Origin: an uncultured candidate division Zixibacteria bacterium
GTDB lineage: Bacteria > Zixibacteria > MSB-5A5 > GN15 > FEB-12
NCBI GenBank assembly: GCA_963806185.1
Contig: CAWDXE010000007.1
Span: 800,001-864,000 of the forward strand
Reading direction: 5' to 3'
Length of the DNA stretch: 64,000 nucleotides
The notes beneath the pieces are model-generated. The model did not search any database, was not told the origin of the DNA, and worked only from the letters and a program-made list of their open reading frames with translations. Below, piece after piece: positions 49,149-63,103 of this stretch (positions within the stretch are counted from its first letter, which is position 1; every line of letters begins with the position of its first letter). The translations under genes were made by a program, and so were the position numbers.

Positions 49149-50643
49149 ATGAAATACACCTACACCGCCATTCCTGTGCAAAACCTGGCAACCGATGCAG
49201 TCATCGTCTTCGCTGCTCAGTTTGATAATCTGTCGAAGAGTAACCTTAAGCCTCTTGATAAATTCACCGATGGCGCCATCGGTATCGTCGTCGAATCGGG
49301 CGAATTCTCCGGCAAAGACGGCGAGGTTGCCCAGATCGTGCTCCCCAAGGGAATGAAGGCCAAACGCCTCATGCTCGCCGGACTGGGCAAGAAGGAGAAG
49401 TTGACTCCGGACTCTTTCCGTCGGGCCATGGGCACCATTGCCAAGTCGAAAGGCGCCATTGGCGTCGCCAGTGCCGCCGTGCATTTCCTGGACTTCAACG
49501 ACCCCGCCTGTTTCCAGGCTGCCATCGAAGGCTATTTGCTCGGCTCATACAAATTTCTCGAATACAAGAGCGGCGAGGCCGCCGAGAATCCCGGTCAAAC
49601 TCGCTTCACTTGCCTTTGCCGTGAACCGTGCCTCCGGTGTCGCCAGACTCAGGGCCGCCGTCGAGCGGGGCAACATTATCGCCGAGGGCCAGCTCCTTGC
49701 GCGGAATTTCTCAGCCACACCCGCCAATTTCCTTACCCCGCGCCTCTATGCCGAAAAAGTCAGCGCTCTGGCTCGTAAGCACAAACTGGGTGTTGAAATT
49801 CTCGACGAGAAACGCATCGCCGCTGAAAAAATGGGTGGCCTCCTCTCCGTTGCCCGAGGATCCGTCGAACCGCCGCGCTTCATGATCCTTAAATACAAGG
49901 GCGCTGCCGCCGCGCAAAGACCGGTTGTGCTGGTGGGGAAGGGCGTCACGTTCGACGCCGGTGGTATATCGATTAAGCCGGCTCTCGATATGCACGAAAT
50001 GAAACAGGATATGACCGGCTCCGCCGTCATGATTGCCACCATTATCACTGCCGCCCGACTCAAACTGCCTCTGAATCTGGTTGTCCTCGTGCCGGCCACG
50101 GAAAATCTCCCGTCCGGCACCGCGACCCGCCCCGGCGACATCATCACCATGCGAACGGGGAAGACCGTCGAGATTATCAACACCGACGCCGAAGGGCGGT
50201 TGATCCTGGCTGATGCTCTCGACTACGCCAACAATTACAATCCCCAAGCAGTCATCGATATCGCCACCCTTACCGGTGCCGCCATCTTTATCCTCGGTTA
50301 TGCCGGTGCGCCCATTCTCGGCAATAACGAAAACCTCCTGAAACGGATCGAAGTTGCCGCCGATGCCACGGCGGAGAAGGTATGGAGACTACCGATCTGG
50401 GACGAACACCGCGAGCAGATGAAATCAAGCATCGCCGACTTGGTGAATTCGGGCGGCCGCGCCGCCGGCACTATCGCTGCGTCTGCATTCTTGGAGAATT
50501 TCATCGGTGACTATCCCTGGGCGCATATTGATATCGCCTGGATGGATATGGAGCATTCCGGTAAACCGTACACGCCAAAAGGTGCGACCGGTTTTGGCGT
50601 CCGCCTCCTCACCGAGATGCTGTCACACTGGAAGAAGCTCTGA
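49149..50643 (+). CDS. pepA: Leucyl aminopeptidase (M17), split by one frameshift near 49590
   Basis: N-domain FSGKDGE...LAGLGK in one frame; VGKGVTFDAGGISIK, MKQDMTG, NTDAEGRLILADAL, WAHIDIA in the other. Confidence 0.92.
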
Positions 50644-50652
50644 TCTTCTCAA

Positions 50653-50912
50653 GTCATCGCGAGGCCCGCTTCTCACACACGTCATCGCGAGGCCCGCTTC
50701 GGGCCGTGGCGATCTTTCAGTTCTCTTCCGTGTAGGTCGAAACCGCTTCGGTTTCGACCTACAACTCGGCTTGCGCTGTCGCGCAGCGTCATGCTGAGCG
50801 CAGTCGAAGCGTGAGCTACCGTCGGCAGAATTCCCGTCACTTTGTGTGTGGCGTCGCCACTGGTGCGCTCTTCTCTTCCCCCTCTCCCTTCGGGAGAGGG
50901 CTGGGGTGAGGG
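50653..50912. repeat. Mosaic cluster of REP-like elements
   Basis: 20-bp direct repeat GTCATCGCGAGGCCCGCTTC (50653 and 50681); perfect inverted repeat TGTAGGTCGAAACCG-CTT-CGGTTTCGACCTACA (50731-50763); GTCATGCTGAGCGCAGTCGAAGC; CCCTCTCCCTTCGGGAGAGGGCTGGGGTGAGGG. Confidence 0.7.
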
Positions 50913-50931
50913 CTCAATAAGGCCATTCCCC

Positions 50932-50962
50932 AAAAACAAAAAGCCCACCTCTCGGTGGGCTT
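50932..50962 (-). terminator. Intrinsic terminator after the TolB-like gene
   Basis: AAGCCCACC / GGTGGGCTT stem with A-tract on the plus strand. Confidence 0.75.
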
Positions 50963-50985
50963 CTTCAAAACTCCTGGAATAGACC

Positions 50986-52017
50986 TCACTTCGCCGTCGT
51001 TGCCTTGCGCAGTGCTTTAGACCACGCCGGCGCCGAATCCGTCCCCGGTCCCGAAATCCGCTTCGGCTGATTTCCCGTAATATCCGATATCCAGACCGAT
51101 CCGTCCGAGGTGGCAAACGTCAGCCACTTCGAATCCGGCGACCACCCCGCCGCGTGCGTCATCAAATACGTATTTGGCGTCGGCGTAAACACCACGTACC
51201 GCTCGGCTAAATCCGGCGTGCAGATAAACAGGCCGTTGTCCTTGATCTCATTGGTCACGTAGGCAATCCACTTCCCGTCAGGCGACCACGAAGGACCTAC
51301 CGCGCTCGTCATCCGGGAGGATTGAGCGCGCACGTCATCCAGAGGCGCCATGAATTTCAAGCGATTCAGAACTGCTGTGCCCTGTGGACGCTTGTCGTAA
51401 AAGTGCACAAAGGCAATGTCCCCTTTTCCATTCATCGAGGGTGACGTGAAGAACTCCGACATCGTCTGAAAATCCTTGCGCAAAATATCAAAATGCCCGC
51501 CGTCGCCGTCCATCGTGCAGACCTGGTAATTCGGTAATATGGCGTTGGCCTGATTGGCATTCAGATCCTTGGTGAAAATGATCTCCCGGCCGTCAGCCGA
51601 CCATTCCGGTTCCCGACTCCCCAGGTCGTCCGTCAGGCGATACCAGAAGAATGTCTTCCCGGCATCTGCCGAATCCAAATAGGCTATAAAGAGGTCATAC
51701 ACTTTGTGTTTGCCGCCAGTCCCGTCGGGAGCCTTCAGTTCCACCGCGCCGGCTCGGGTGAACACGATTCGCCGTCCATCCGGCGACCAGCTCAGCTTCC
51801 CCTCGGCGTTGGTGGCCTCGCAAACCATCATCTTGTTGGCCCCGCTCGCCTCCATGACCCAGACATTCTTGTCTCGAATAAACGCAATCTTCCCCGAAAC
51901 CGGCGGGATGGAGCCCGCTTTGGCGGCCGGAAGTTTCTCCGCGGCAAACGAAGTCGCCGCAATCAATAGTGCCGCCGCAAATGAGGCGACCGTACGCGCA
52001 CGAGTGGTGATAATCAA
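50986..52017 (-). CDS. Exported TolB-like (PD40) beta-propeller protein
   Basis: Signal peptide; repeats SWSPDGRRIVF, EWSADGREI, SWSPDGKWIAY, WSPDSKWL, APAWS. Confidence 0.85.
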   Translation of the reverse strand: MIITTRARTVASFAAALLIAATSFAAEKLPAAKAGSIPPVSGKIAFIRDKNVWVMEASGANKMMVCEATNAEGKLSWSPDGRRIVFTRAGAVELKAPDGTGGKHKVYDLFIAYLDSADAGKTFFWYRLTDDLGSREPEWSADGREIIFTKDLNANQANAILPNYQVCTMDGDGGHFDILRKDFQTMSEFFTSPSMNGKGDIAFVHFYDKRPQGTAVLNRLKFMAPLDDVRAQSSRMTSAVGPSWSPDGKWIAYVTNEIKDNGLFICTPDLAERYVVFTPTPNTYLMTHAAGWSPDSKWLTFATSDGSVWISDITGNQPKRISGPGTDSAPAWSKALRKATTAK

Positions 52018-52204
52018 CTGATGTACTCCGTCTTGTCAGAAAGTTACTGGGGAGAAGATAGTGCAAAACCTATATCTGTCAATCATTTTGCTGTATCGAA
52101 CCCGTCCGGCTTATTTTGCCCGTTTCGCCTTATACATTCCTGGGCTAATTCGGTTCTTCAACCGGTATCGGCCAATTTCAATACTCCGTCACCGACCCGG
52201 TACG

Positions 52205-52234
52205 AAAAGGGACGGGTCTCACGACCCGCCCCTT
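52205..52234 (-). terminator. Intrinsic terminator after nifJ
   Basis: Minus strand AAGGGGCGGGTC-GTGA-GACCCGTCCCTT-TT. Confidence 0.7.
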
Positions 52235-52258
52235 CATTGTCGTCACAATTACAGCCTA

Positions 52259-56508
<4,250 letters not shown>

Positions 56509-56604
56509 GATATTCCTGCAACCACCATCCTGATGGTCCATTGCCCCAGCGAATGCCTTAGGCAGGCTGATGTACATCGACTCGCCGAATTGCGCAAGGC
56601 TTTT

Positions 56605-57036
56605 TTACAGCGGCGAGACTTTCGTAGCTTGCCATTTGGCCAGATCCGCCAGCGTATACTGCTCAAAGACGGAAACCAATTTCCGTTGTGCAATCAGCAA
56701 TATCTCCCGAAGGGCACAAAACTCATCCGGTCCTTTGACACACACCGAAGTATCCTTAAGACATTTCATGAGGAAATAGGGCCCTTGAATTGTCTCCAAT
56801 ACTTCTTTGATCGTAATTTCACTCGGGTCCTTCGCCAGTGTAAAACCACCCCGCACACCCCGGTGAGATCGGACAATTCCGGCCTTTGATAGCGACTGAA
56901 ATATCTTGGCCAGAAACTTCTCCGGTATCCCCTGAGCTTCAGAGATTTCGGACAGTGGCGTAACCACTGATCGGTCGCGTTCGGCCAAGTATAGAACCCC
57001 AAACATCCCATACTCTTCCGCCTTGGTGAACTGCAT
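56605..57036 (-). CDS. Rrf2 family transcriptional regulator with three Cys (probable Fe-S sensor)
   Basis: FLAKIFQSLSKAGIVRSHRGVRGGFTLAK; KCLKDTSVCVKGPDEFC. Confidence 0.9.
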   Translation of the reverse strand: MQFTKAEEYGMFGVLYLAERDRSVVTPLSEISEAQGIPEKFLAKIFQSLSKAGIVRSHRGVRGGFTLAKDPSEITIKEVLETIQGPYFLMKCLKDTSVCVKGPDEFCALREILLIAQRKLVSVFEQYTLADLAKWQATKVSPL

Positions 57037-57107
57037 AACCGCCTTTCTAACTAACGGTTTACGACCTCGGACCAATCACCAATACCACTGATCAGGTTCG
57101 ATAAGTC

Positions 57108-57145
57108 ATCACTGAAAGAGTAGTGATTAGAGATCGTAAAGTCAA
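57108..57145 (-). promoter_or_regulatory. Sigma70-type promoter of rrf2 overlapped by an inverted repeat
   Basis: Minus strand TTGACT-N17-TACTCT; palindrome ATCACT-N8-AGTGAT at 57108-57127. Confidence 0.5.
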
Positions 57146-57290
57146 CATAAATTGGTTATTTTTTTCACAAATCTCCCCGCCCTAGTCCGGATTCGAACCC
57201 CACCCGTCCACCACCCCCCACCGCAAAAAACCCCTTTTCTTTTGTCCTTCTCCGCCATACATTTGGCCGGATATTTGGGGATACAACTAT

Positions 57291-57836
57291 ATGCCGCTCA
57301 AAGAAGAAAATAAAGGTCTGGTTTTAGTGTACACCGGTGACGGAAAGGGTAAGACTACCGCCGCCCTCGGAATGTGTGTCCGCGCCGTCGGGTATGATTG
57401 GTCGATCTGTCTTATCCAGTTTGTTAAGGGGAGCTGGAAGTATGGGGAGCTCAAAGGCCTCAAACGGCTCGAACCCAACGTGGAACTCCACGTCATCGGT
57501 GAGGGTTTCGTCGGGATCGTCGACGATGACAAGTCGTTCGAGGTGCACCGTGCGGCCGCCCGCAAGGGGGTAGAGCTCGCTCTGGAGAAGTTACGGTCAG
57601 AGCAGTACCAGTTGGTTATTCTCGACGAGCTCAACGTCGCCTATAACCTCGGCCTCGTCACTACGGAAGAAATGGAATCGATACTGGCCGCCCGCACACC
57701 TCGACAAAACCTCGTCATCACCGGTCGCTCAGCCGCCGACTGGCTCATTGACAAGGCCGATCTCGTCACCGAAATGAAAGAAATCAAGCATCCGTTCCAA
57801 AAGGGGATACTCGCACAAAAGGGGATTGACTGGTAA
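57291..57836 (+). CDS. cobO: Cob(I)alamin adenosyltransferase (CobA/CobO/BtuR)
   Basis: VYTGDGKGKTTAALG, IQFVKG, ILDELN, VITGR, ADLVTEMKEIKHPF. Confidence 0.93.
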   Translation: MPLKEENKGLVLVYTGDGKGKTTAALGMCVRAVGYDWSICLIQFVKGSWKYGELKGLKRLEPNVELHVIGEGFVGIVDDDKSFEVHRAAARKGVELALEKLRSEQYQLVILDELNVAYNLGLVTTEEMESILAARTPRQNLVITGRSAADWLIDKADLVTEMKEIKHPFQKGILAQKGIDW

Positions 57837-57904
57837 TCCTTTTTCTGTGTTGATTGTCTAAGTTTGGCTACACGGATTGACAGGGTAACCATTGGAAAGG
57901 CAAA

Positions 57905-58858
57905 ATGCCCGAAGTAAAGCAATATGACATTGTCATTGTCGGCGGCGGCCCGGGTGGTCTATGCGCCGGTCTCTACGCCGCACGCGCTCGGAGAAAAGTA
58001 GTCTGCCTGGAGAAATTCTCAATCGGCGGCCAAATCGCCCTCACCGGCGAAGTGGAAGACTATCTCGGTTTTGAACATATCAGCGGGGCCGAGTTGGGTG
58101 AACGATTCGCCAACCACGCTAAGAAATTCGGTCTCGAAATTGAACTGGAAGAGGTAGAAGAGGTCTATACCGACGGTGATGACCGGGTCGCCCGCTGTGC
58201 CTCCGGCAACATCTACCGTGCCAAGGCGATTATCCTGTCCACCGGCGGATCGCCCGTCAAGCTCGGGGTCCCCGGCGAGTTGGAATTGAGTGGCCGGGGA
58301 GTATCGTATTGCGCTATCTGTGACGGCGCGTTTTTCCGCGATAAGGTCATTGCCGTGGTAGGCGGGGGAGACGCGGCGGTGGAAGAGGGAACGTTTCTCA
58401 CGAAATTCGGTACCAAAGTGTACATCATTCATCGGCGCGCCGAATTGCGCGCCCAGAAGATCATCCAGCAGCGCGCGCTTGATAATCCGAAGGTCGAGTT
58501 TATTCTCGATACCGTCGTCGAATCGATCAATGGCGAGAGTGGCCGCGTCTCGAGCCTATCGCTGAAAAACGTCAAGACCGGGAAGACTTCGAATCTCCCC
58601 ATTGGCGCCGTGTTTGTGTACATCGGTTTCACACCCAATTCCGGCCTCGTGCGAGGCGGCCTCAAAACCGACTCGGGCGGATATATCATCACCGACGAAC
58701 GAATGGAAACGTCCGTCAGAGGCATCTATGCGTGCGGCGACGTACGCTCACAATTGGTGCGGCAGGTCACAAATGCCGTCGGCGACGGGACAACCGCGGC
58801 CGTGGCGGCCGAAAAATATCTCGAACAGCTCGAGGACAAACATGCCCGTCGTGTGTGA
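57905..58858 (+). CDS. trxB: Thioredoxin-disulfide reductase
   Basis: GGGPGG, GVSYCAICDG, GGGDAAVEEG, HRR, GIYACGDV. Confidence 0.95.
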   Translation: MPEVKQYDIVIVGGGPGGLCAGLYAARARRKVVCLEKFSIGGQIALTGEVEDYLGFEHISGAELGERFANHAKKFGLEIELEEVEEVYTDGDDRVARCASGNIYRAKAIILSTGGSPVKLGVPGELELSGRGVSYCAICDGAFFRDKVIAVVGGGDAAVEEGTFLTKFGTKVYIIHRRAELRAQKIIQQRALDNPKVEFILDTVVESINGESGRVSSLSLKNVKTGKTSNLPIGAVFVYIGFTPNSGLVRGGLKTDSGGYIITDERMETSVRGIYACGDVRSQLVRQVTNAVGDGTTAAVAAEKYLEQLEDKHARRV

Positions 58859-58973
58859 CAATGAAGGGAAACCGGCAAACTTGAGTTTGAGAGTCTTTGA
58901 TGTGTTGTATCTCGGTCACGATCGATTGAGGGTAGGATAGCGACTCCCGACCGGCGGGTACAACCGTATAATT

Positions 58974-59000
58974 TGAAACTTTAGCCTTACACTTTCGTTA
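58974..59000 (+). promoter_or_regulatory. Putative ECF (SigW-like) promoter of the YIP1-TolC-MacAB operon
   Basis: TGAAAC-N16-CGTTA, 23 nt before the start codon; GGAG RBS follows. Confidence 0.65.
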
Positions 59001-59023
59001 ATTACCACCAAACAGGAGCAAGC

Positions 59024-59764
59024 ATGGAATCATCAGTGCACTCCGGGCCGGTCCAGCCGCCGACCGGTACCGACACCTCTGGGCTGTCGGTCAAAGGGCT
59101 GTATTTGGTGTTCACCGATCCCGTTGGATTCTTCACAAAACTGAAAGAACGGCACAGTATTGTCGTGCCGTACATTGTCATTCTCATCCTGGCCTTGCTC
59201 TCCGCATACCTCATCAAGGATCTGATGGGACGGTATGTTTTCTCAGAGATGCAGCGCCAGGCTATTGACAGCCCCCAGATGAAGGCGGCTATCGAACAAG
59301 GGTATGTCTCCGAAGCCAAAATGGCCTGGAACATCATGATCTTTGGGCCGATCTTTTCCCTGCTGATTCCGCTAGTCGGCGCAGCTCTGGCCCTTTTTTG
59401 GGGGAATTTCGTTTACAGTGGCAAGGCGCGGTTTGCCCAGATACTATCGGTGATGCTCTACGCCAATATTATTTATTGTGCCGGCAATCTGCTGACTGCG
59501 GTTTTCATGCGCATCAAGGATTCGCCCTCAGCCGGATTCACGCCGGCCATTCTGGTCGCCGACAAGGGGCTGGACACACCGCTGTACACTCTTTTGAGCA
59601 AGATTAATCCATTCATTATATGGGAAATCATCGCCGTTGGCATCGGCCTGTCAATTCTCTACGGCTTCACCCGCAACAAAGGCTATCGGGTATCGGTCCT
59701 ATCGGTGGGCCTGTTGTCGATCTTACACGTGGTCTGGACGGCAATCAGTTCTTTAATGCGATAA
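59024..59764 (+). CDS. YIP1 family membrane protein (YknW-like)
   Basis: VFTDPVGFF, ARFAQILSV, INPFIIW...GIGLS; about five TM helices; leads the exporter operon. Confidence 0.75.
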   Translation: MESSVHSGPVQPPTGTDTSGLSVKGLYLVFTDPVGFFTKLKERHSIVVPYIVILILALLSAYLIKDLMGRYVFSEMQRQAIDSPQMKAAIEQGYVSEAKMAWNIMIFGPIFSLLIPLVGAALALFWGNFVYSGKARFAQILSVMLYANIIYCAGNLLTAVFMRIKDSPSAGFTPAILVADKGLDTPLYTLLSKINPFIIWEIIAVGIGLSILYGFTRNKGYRVSVLSVGLLSILHVVWTAISSLMR

Positions 59765-59774
59765 AGGAGATAGA

Positions 59775-61040
59775 ATGACTTCGGCTCTTAGAACTTCTCT
59801 TATACTCGTCGCGGCCGCTTTCATGGTAGGTTCAACCGCCGCCGCCGAATTGACTCTCGATGATTGTATCGACCTGGCTATGAAGAATCGAGCCGTCATC
59901 ATTCAGTCCCAGGGGGCGGAAAAGCTGGCCGCGGCCGGCAAGCGCAGTGCCCTGGGAGCGTTTTTGCCGAATCTGTCGGCCTCCTACGGGTATGCCGACA
60001 ACTTGAATTCGTCAGCCAAAGGCGACGAACTCGCGGCCAAGTTCGCCTGGAACGTAACACCGATTCCGAGTTATTTTGAATATCGTGCCGCCGCGGCTGA
60101 TCTTGCCGCCGCCCGCCTGGATGTGATCGGCTCCGAACAGGATCTGATCCTGGCCGTTAAGCTGGCCTATTTTAACTACCTGGCGGCCGTGCAGAACGTC
60201 ACGGTCAACGACCAAGCATTGAAGCGCGCCGAAGAACAGCTCAAGCTGATTCAATCCCGCTTTGATCTCGGCTCGGCCTCGCTCTCCGATGTCCTTAAGC
60301 AGAAAGTAGAGTACGGCAATGTAAAGCTTACGCTACTGAAGGCACAGAACCTCGTGACGACCACTCAGGCCAAACTGGCCTACACGATCGGCATCGACCC
60401 CCGGCAGGAACAGGCGTTCTCGTCCACGTTCGCTCCCCGGACCTACGATGGCGCCATGGATGACGCGGTGGCCTTCGCTCTTGAACACAAGCCGGAATTA
60501 CTGTCGGCCCAGAAGTCGCTCGAGTCGGCCGGCTACACGGTGAAGTCGACGATGACGACCTACTTCCCGGAACTGTCCTTTAGTCTCAACGCCGGCAGGT
60601 CATGGTTTTCCGACAAAAACTTTGGCGCCTTCGGCGGCGACAATGATATCTCCAATGAAGGAAGTGTCGGCTACGGTCTGACCTGGAATATATTCGACGG
60701 CTTCAGCCGCGAAGCCCGGGTAGCGTCGGCAAAGGTCTCCCGCAATAACCAGCGGGCTGGTCTGGCCGATTTGCGCAACCGCATCGTCTTTGATGTCAAG
60801 ACGGCTTTCACCGACATTCAGCAGTTTCGTGACCAGCATTCGGTCGCCCAGGAAAACGTGACTGCCTCCGAAGAAGACTTGAAGATTACCCAGGAAAAAT
60901 ACAACCTTGGCGCCGCCACTATTCTGGACCTGCTCAATGCGCAGGTTTCTCTCCGGCAGGCCCAGGTGGATTTGATTCAGGCCGATTTTGATTTGAATCT
61001 GGCCATTTCCCGTCTTGAAAATGCTATGGGCAAAATGTAA
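59775..61040 (+). CDS. TolC family outer-membrane efflux protein
   Basis: LTLDDCIDLAMKN, FLPNLS, RFDLGSAS..DVL, KYNLGAATILDLLNAQ. Confidence 0.92.
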   Translation: MTSALRTSLILVAAAFMVGSTAAAELTLDDCIDLAMKNRAVIIQSQGAEKLAAAGKRSALGAFLPNLSASYGYADNLNSSAKGDELAAKFAWNVTPIPSYFEYRAAAADLAAARLDVIGSEQDLILAVKLAYFNYLAAVQNVTVNDQALKRAEEQLKLIQSRFDLGSASLSDVLKQKVEYGNVKLTLLKAQNLVTTTQAKLAYTIGIDPRQEQAFSSTFAPRTYDGAMDDAVAFALEHKPELLSAQKSLESAGYTVKSTMTTYFPELSFSLNAGRSWFSDKNFGAFGGDNDISNEGSVGYGLTWNIFDGFSREARVASAKVSRNNQRAGLADLRNRIVFDVKTAFTDIQQFRDQHSVAQENVTASEEDLKITQEKYNLGAATILDLLNAQVSLRQAQVDLIQADFDLNLAISRLENAMGKM

Positions 61041-61063
61041 CTGTTGAAGGCAGGGTCGAGATA

Positions 61064-62389
61064 ATGCGAAACAAGAAAGTCATTTGGATCAGTGTGGCCG
61101 TGGTGGTCGTCGCCGCCATTGTCGTACTGAACTTCACCACCAACACCAAAAAGTCGACGGACGTCACAGCGGTGACGGTCGGCGCGATGGATCTGACCGA
61201 GCAAGTGTCCGCTTCGGGGCGCATTCAGCCGCAGACCTTTGTTGACATCACCGCCCAGATTAGCGGCAAGATCATCAGCCTGCCGGTCAAGGAGGGCGAT
61301 CCGGTCATCCGCGGCAATCTGCTGGTCGTGTTGGACACCGTTCAACTCCGCAGTGATCTCGATCAGGCCCGCTACGCCGTGAGCGAAATCGACGCCCGCT
61401 TGAATGGCGCCAAGACGTCGCTGGATCAGGCGCGGGAAGAACATGAGCGGCAGCAGCGCCTGCTGAAGCAGAATCTGACCCCGGAAACCACGGCGAAGGA
61501 CGCCATGTATGCGTATGAAGCCGCGAAATCGAATTACACGGCAATGGAAGCTCAGGCCGAACAAACCAAGTCGGGGTATGACAAGGCGCTTGATAACCTG
61601 AGCAAGGCCAAGATTGTGGCGCCGATGGACGGCGTAATCACGCTGGTCGATTGTGAAGTCGGCGAAATCGCTGCCGCCCAGAATGCCTTCACTCAGGGCA
61701 AGACGCTTATGACCATTTCGAACATGAACATTTTCGAGGTCGAAGTCGAAGTGGACGAAACCGAAATTGTCAAAATCCAGCTCGGCCAGAAAGCCAAGAT
61801 TCAAGTCGACGCGTTCCAGGATACGTCGTTTGCCGGCAGCGTGGCTGAAATCGGCAACACGGCTATCATCAAGGGCTCCGGGACACAGGATCAATCGACC
61901 AATTTCAAGGTGAAGATCATCTTTGCGGAAGCCAACGCCGGCATTCGTCCCGGGATGTCAGCCACTGTCGATATTACGACCAATGAACGCAAGGATATTC
62001 TCGGCGTGCCCTATAGTGCCATCGTCATGAGATCCTTCGATATGGACTCCCTCGAGGCGGCCCGCAAAGGTGAAAAGGGGGAGACGTCGATGGTCAGCGA
62101 GGTACAGGCGGCCGAGGGTGACAGTGCCAATCCAGTCAAGCCCAACGGCGCAGAAGAGACTGAACGAAAAGAACTCAAGGGCGTCTTTGTCGTACGCGAC
62201 GGCGTTGCCCGTTTTATCGAAGTTCAGACCGGCATCGCGGACCAGAAGCACATTGAGATCAAGTCCGGCCTGCAGAAGGGCGACTCGGTCATCTCCGGTC
62301 CGTATCGCATCCTGCGCACCGTCAAAGACGGTGAAAACGTTAAGACGTCGGCTAACAAGGGTCCGGGCGAAGAAAGGAAAGAGGCCTAA
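61064..62389 (+). CDS. Periplasmic adaptor / membrane fusion protein (MacA/YknX-like)
   Basis: [48 protein letters not shown]. Confidence 0.92.
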   Translation: MRNKKVIWISVAVVVVAAIVVLNFTTNTKKSTDVTAVTVGAMDLTEQVSASGRIQPQTFVDITAQISGKIISLPVKEGDPVIRGNLLVVLDTVQLRSDLDQARYAVSEIDARLNGAKTSLDQAREEHERQQRLLKQNLTPETTAKDAMYAYEAAKSNYTAMEAQAEQTKSGYDKALDNLSKAKIVAPMDGVITLVDCEVGEIAAAQNAFTQGKTLMTISNMNIFEVEVEVDETEIVKIQLGQKAKIQVDAFQDTSFAGSVAEIGNTAIIKGSGTQDQSTNFKVKIIFAEANAGIRPGMSATVDITTNERKDILGVPYSAIVMRSFDMDSLEAARKGEKGETSMVSEVQAAEGDSANPVKPNGAEETERKELKGVFVVRDGVARFIEVQTGIADQKHIEIKSGLQKGDSVISGPYRILRTVKDGENVKTSANKGPGEERKEA

Positions 62390-63093
62390 TGGCGCTCATT
62401 GAAACCAGAGACCTCTGGAAAACTTACCAGATGGGTGCCGAAGAGGTTCATGCCCTGCGCGGCGTCTCAATCAAAATTGAGCGCGGTGAGTATGTCGCCA
62501 TCATGGGACCATCTGGTTCGGGCAAGTCGACCCTGATGAATCTGATCGGCTGCCTCGACACCCCCTCGCGTGGAGACTACATCCTGAACGGCAAAAACGT
62601 CAGCCTGATGAACGACGACGAATTAGCGTCCATCCGGAACCGCGAGATCGGCTTTGTTTTCCAGACGTTCAATTTGCTGGCCCGAGCGACGTCGCTGCAT
62701 AACGTCGAACTGCCGCTCATCTACAACGGTACTCCGGCTGCCGAGCGCCTCGAAATGGCCAAGGCGGCCCTCGCCAAAGTCGCTCTGGCCGATCGCATGA
62801 TGCACAAGCCCAACGAACTGTCCGGCGGACAGCGCCAGCGCGTGGCAGTTGCTCGCGCCCTGGTGAATAACCCGTCGCTCATACTCGCCGACGAACCGAC
62901 CGGCAATCTGGACAGTAAGACATCGCAGGAAATCATGCGCTTGCTCAACGACCTGCATCATCAGGGGAATACCATTATCGTCGTGACGCATGAACACGAT
63001 ATCGCCAAATACGCCCATCGCGTGCTGTCGATTCTCGATGGTGAGATCGCGTCGGATGAAATAAACAGCGCACCAGCTCTGGTGTCCGCCTGA
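62389..63093 (+). CDS. ABC transporter ATP-binding protein (MacB/YknY-like)
   Basis: [37 protein letters not shown]. Confidence 0.95.
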   Translation: MALIETRDLWKTYQMGAEEVHALRGVSIKIERGEYVAIMGPSGSGKSTLMNLIGCLDTPSRGDYILNGKNVSLMNDDELASIRNREIGFVFQTFNLLARATSLHNVELPLIYNGTPAAERLEMAKAALAKVALADRMMHKPNELSGGQRQRVAVARALVNNPSLILADEPTGNLDSKTSQEIMRLLNDLHHQGNTIIVVTHEHDIAKYAHRVLSILDGEIASDEINSAPALVSA

Positions 63094-63103
63094 AAGGCAT
63101 CGT

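Noticed and set aside
49580..49600. Programmed frameshifting in pepA (and in deoB near 42804)
   Set aside because: No slippery heptamer or stimulatory structure is evident, and removing one base restores each gene. The pattern fits the other indel errors in this assembly.
50653..50700. CRISPR array
   Set aside because: Only two 20-bp copies separated by 8 bp; better explained as a REP duplication.
57181..57205. tRNA fragment (GGTTCGAATCC on the minus strand)
   Set aside because: No T-stem complement, D-arm or anticodon arm around it.
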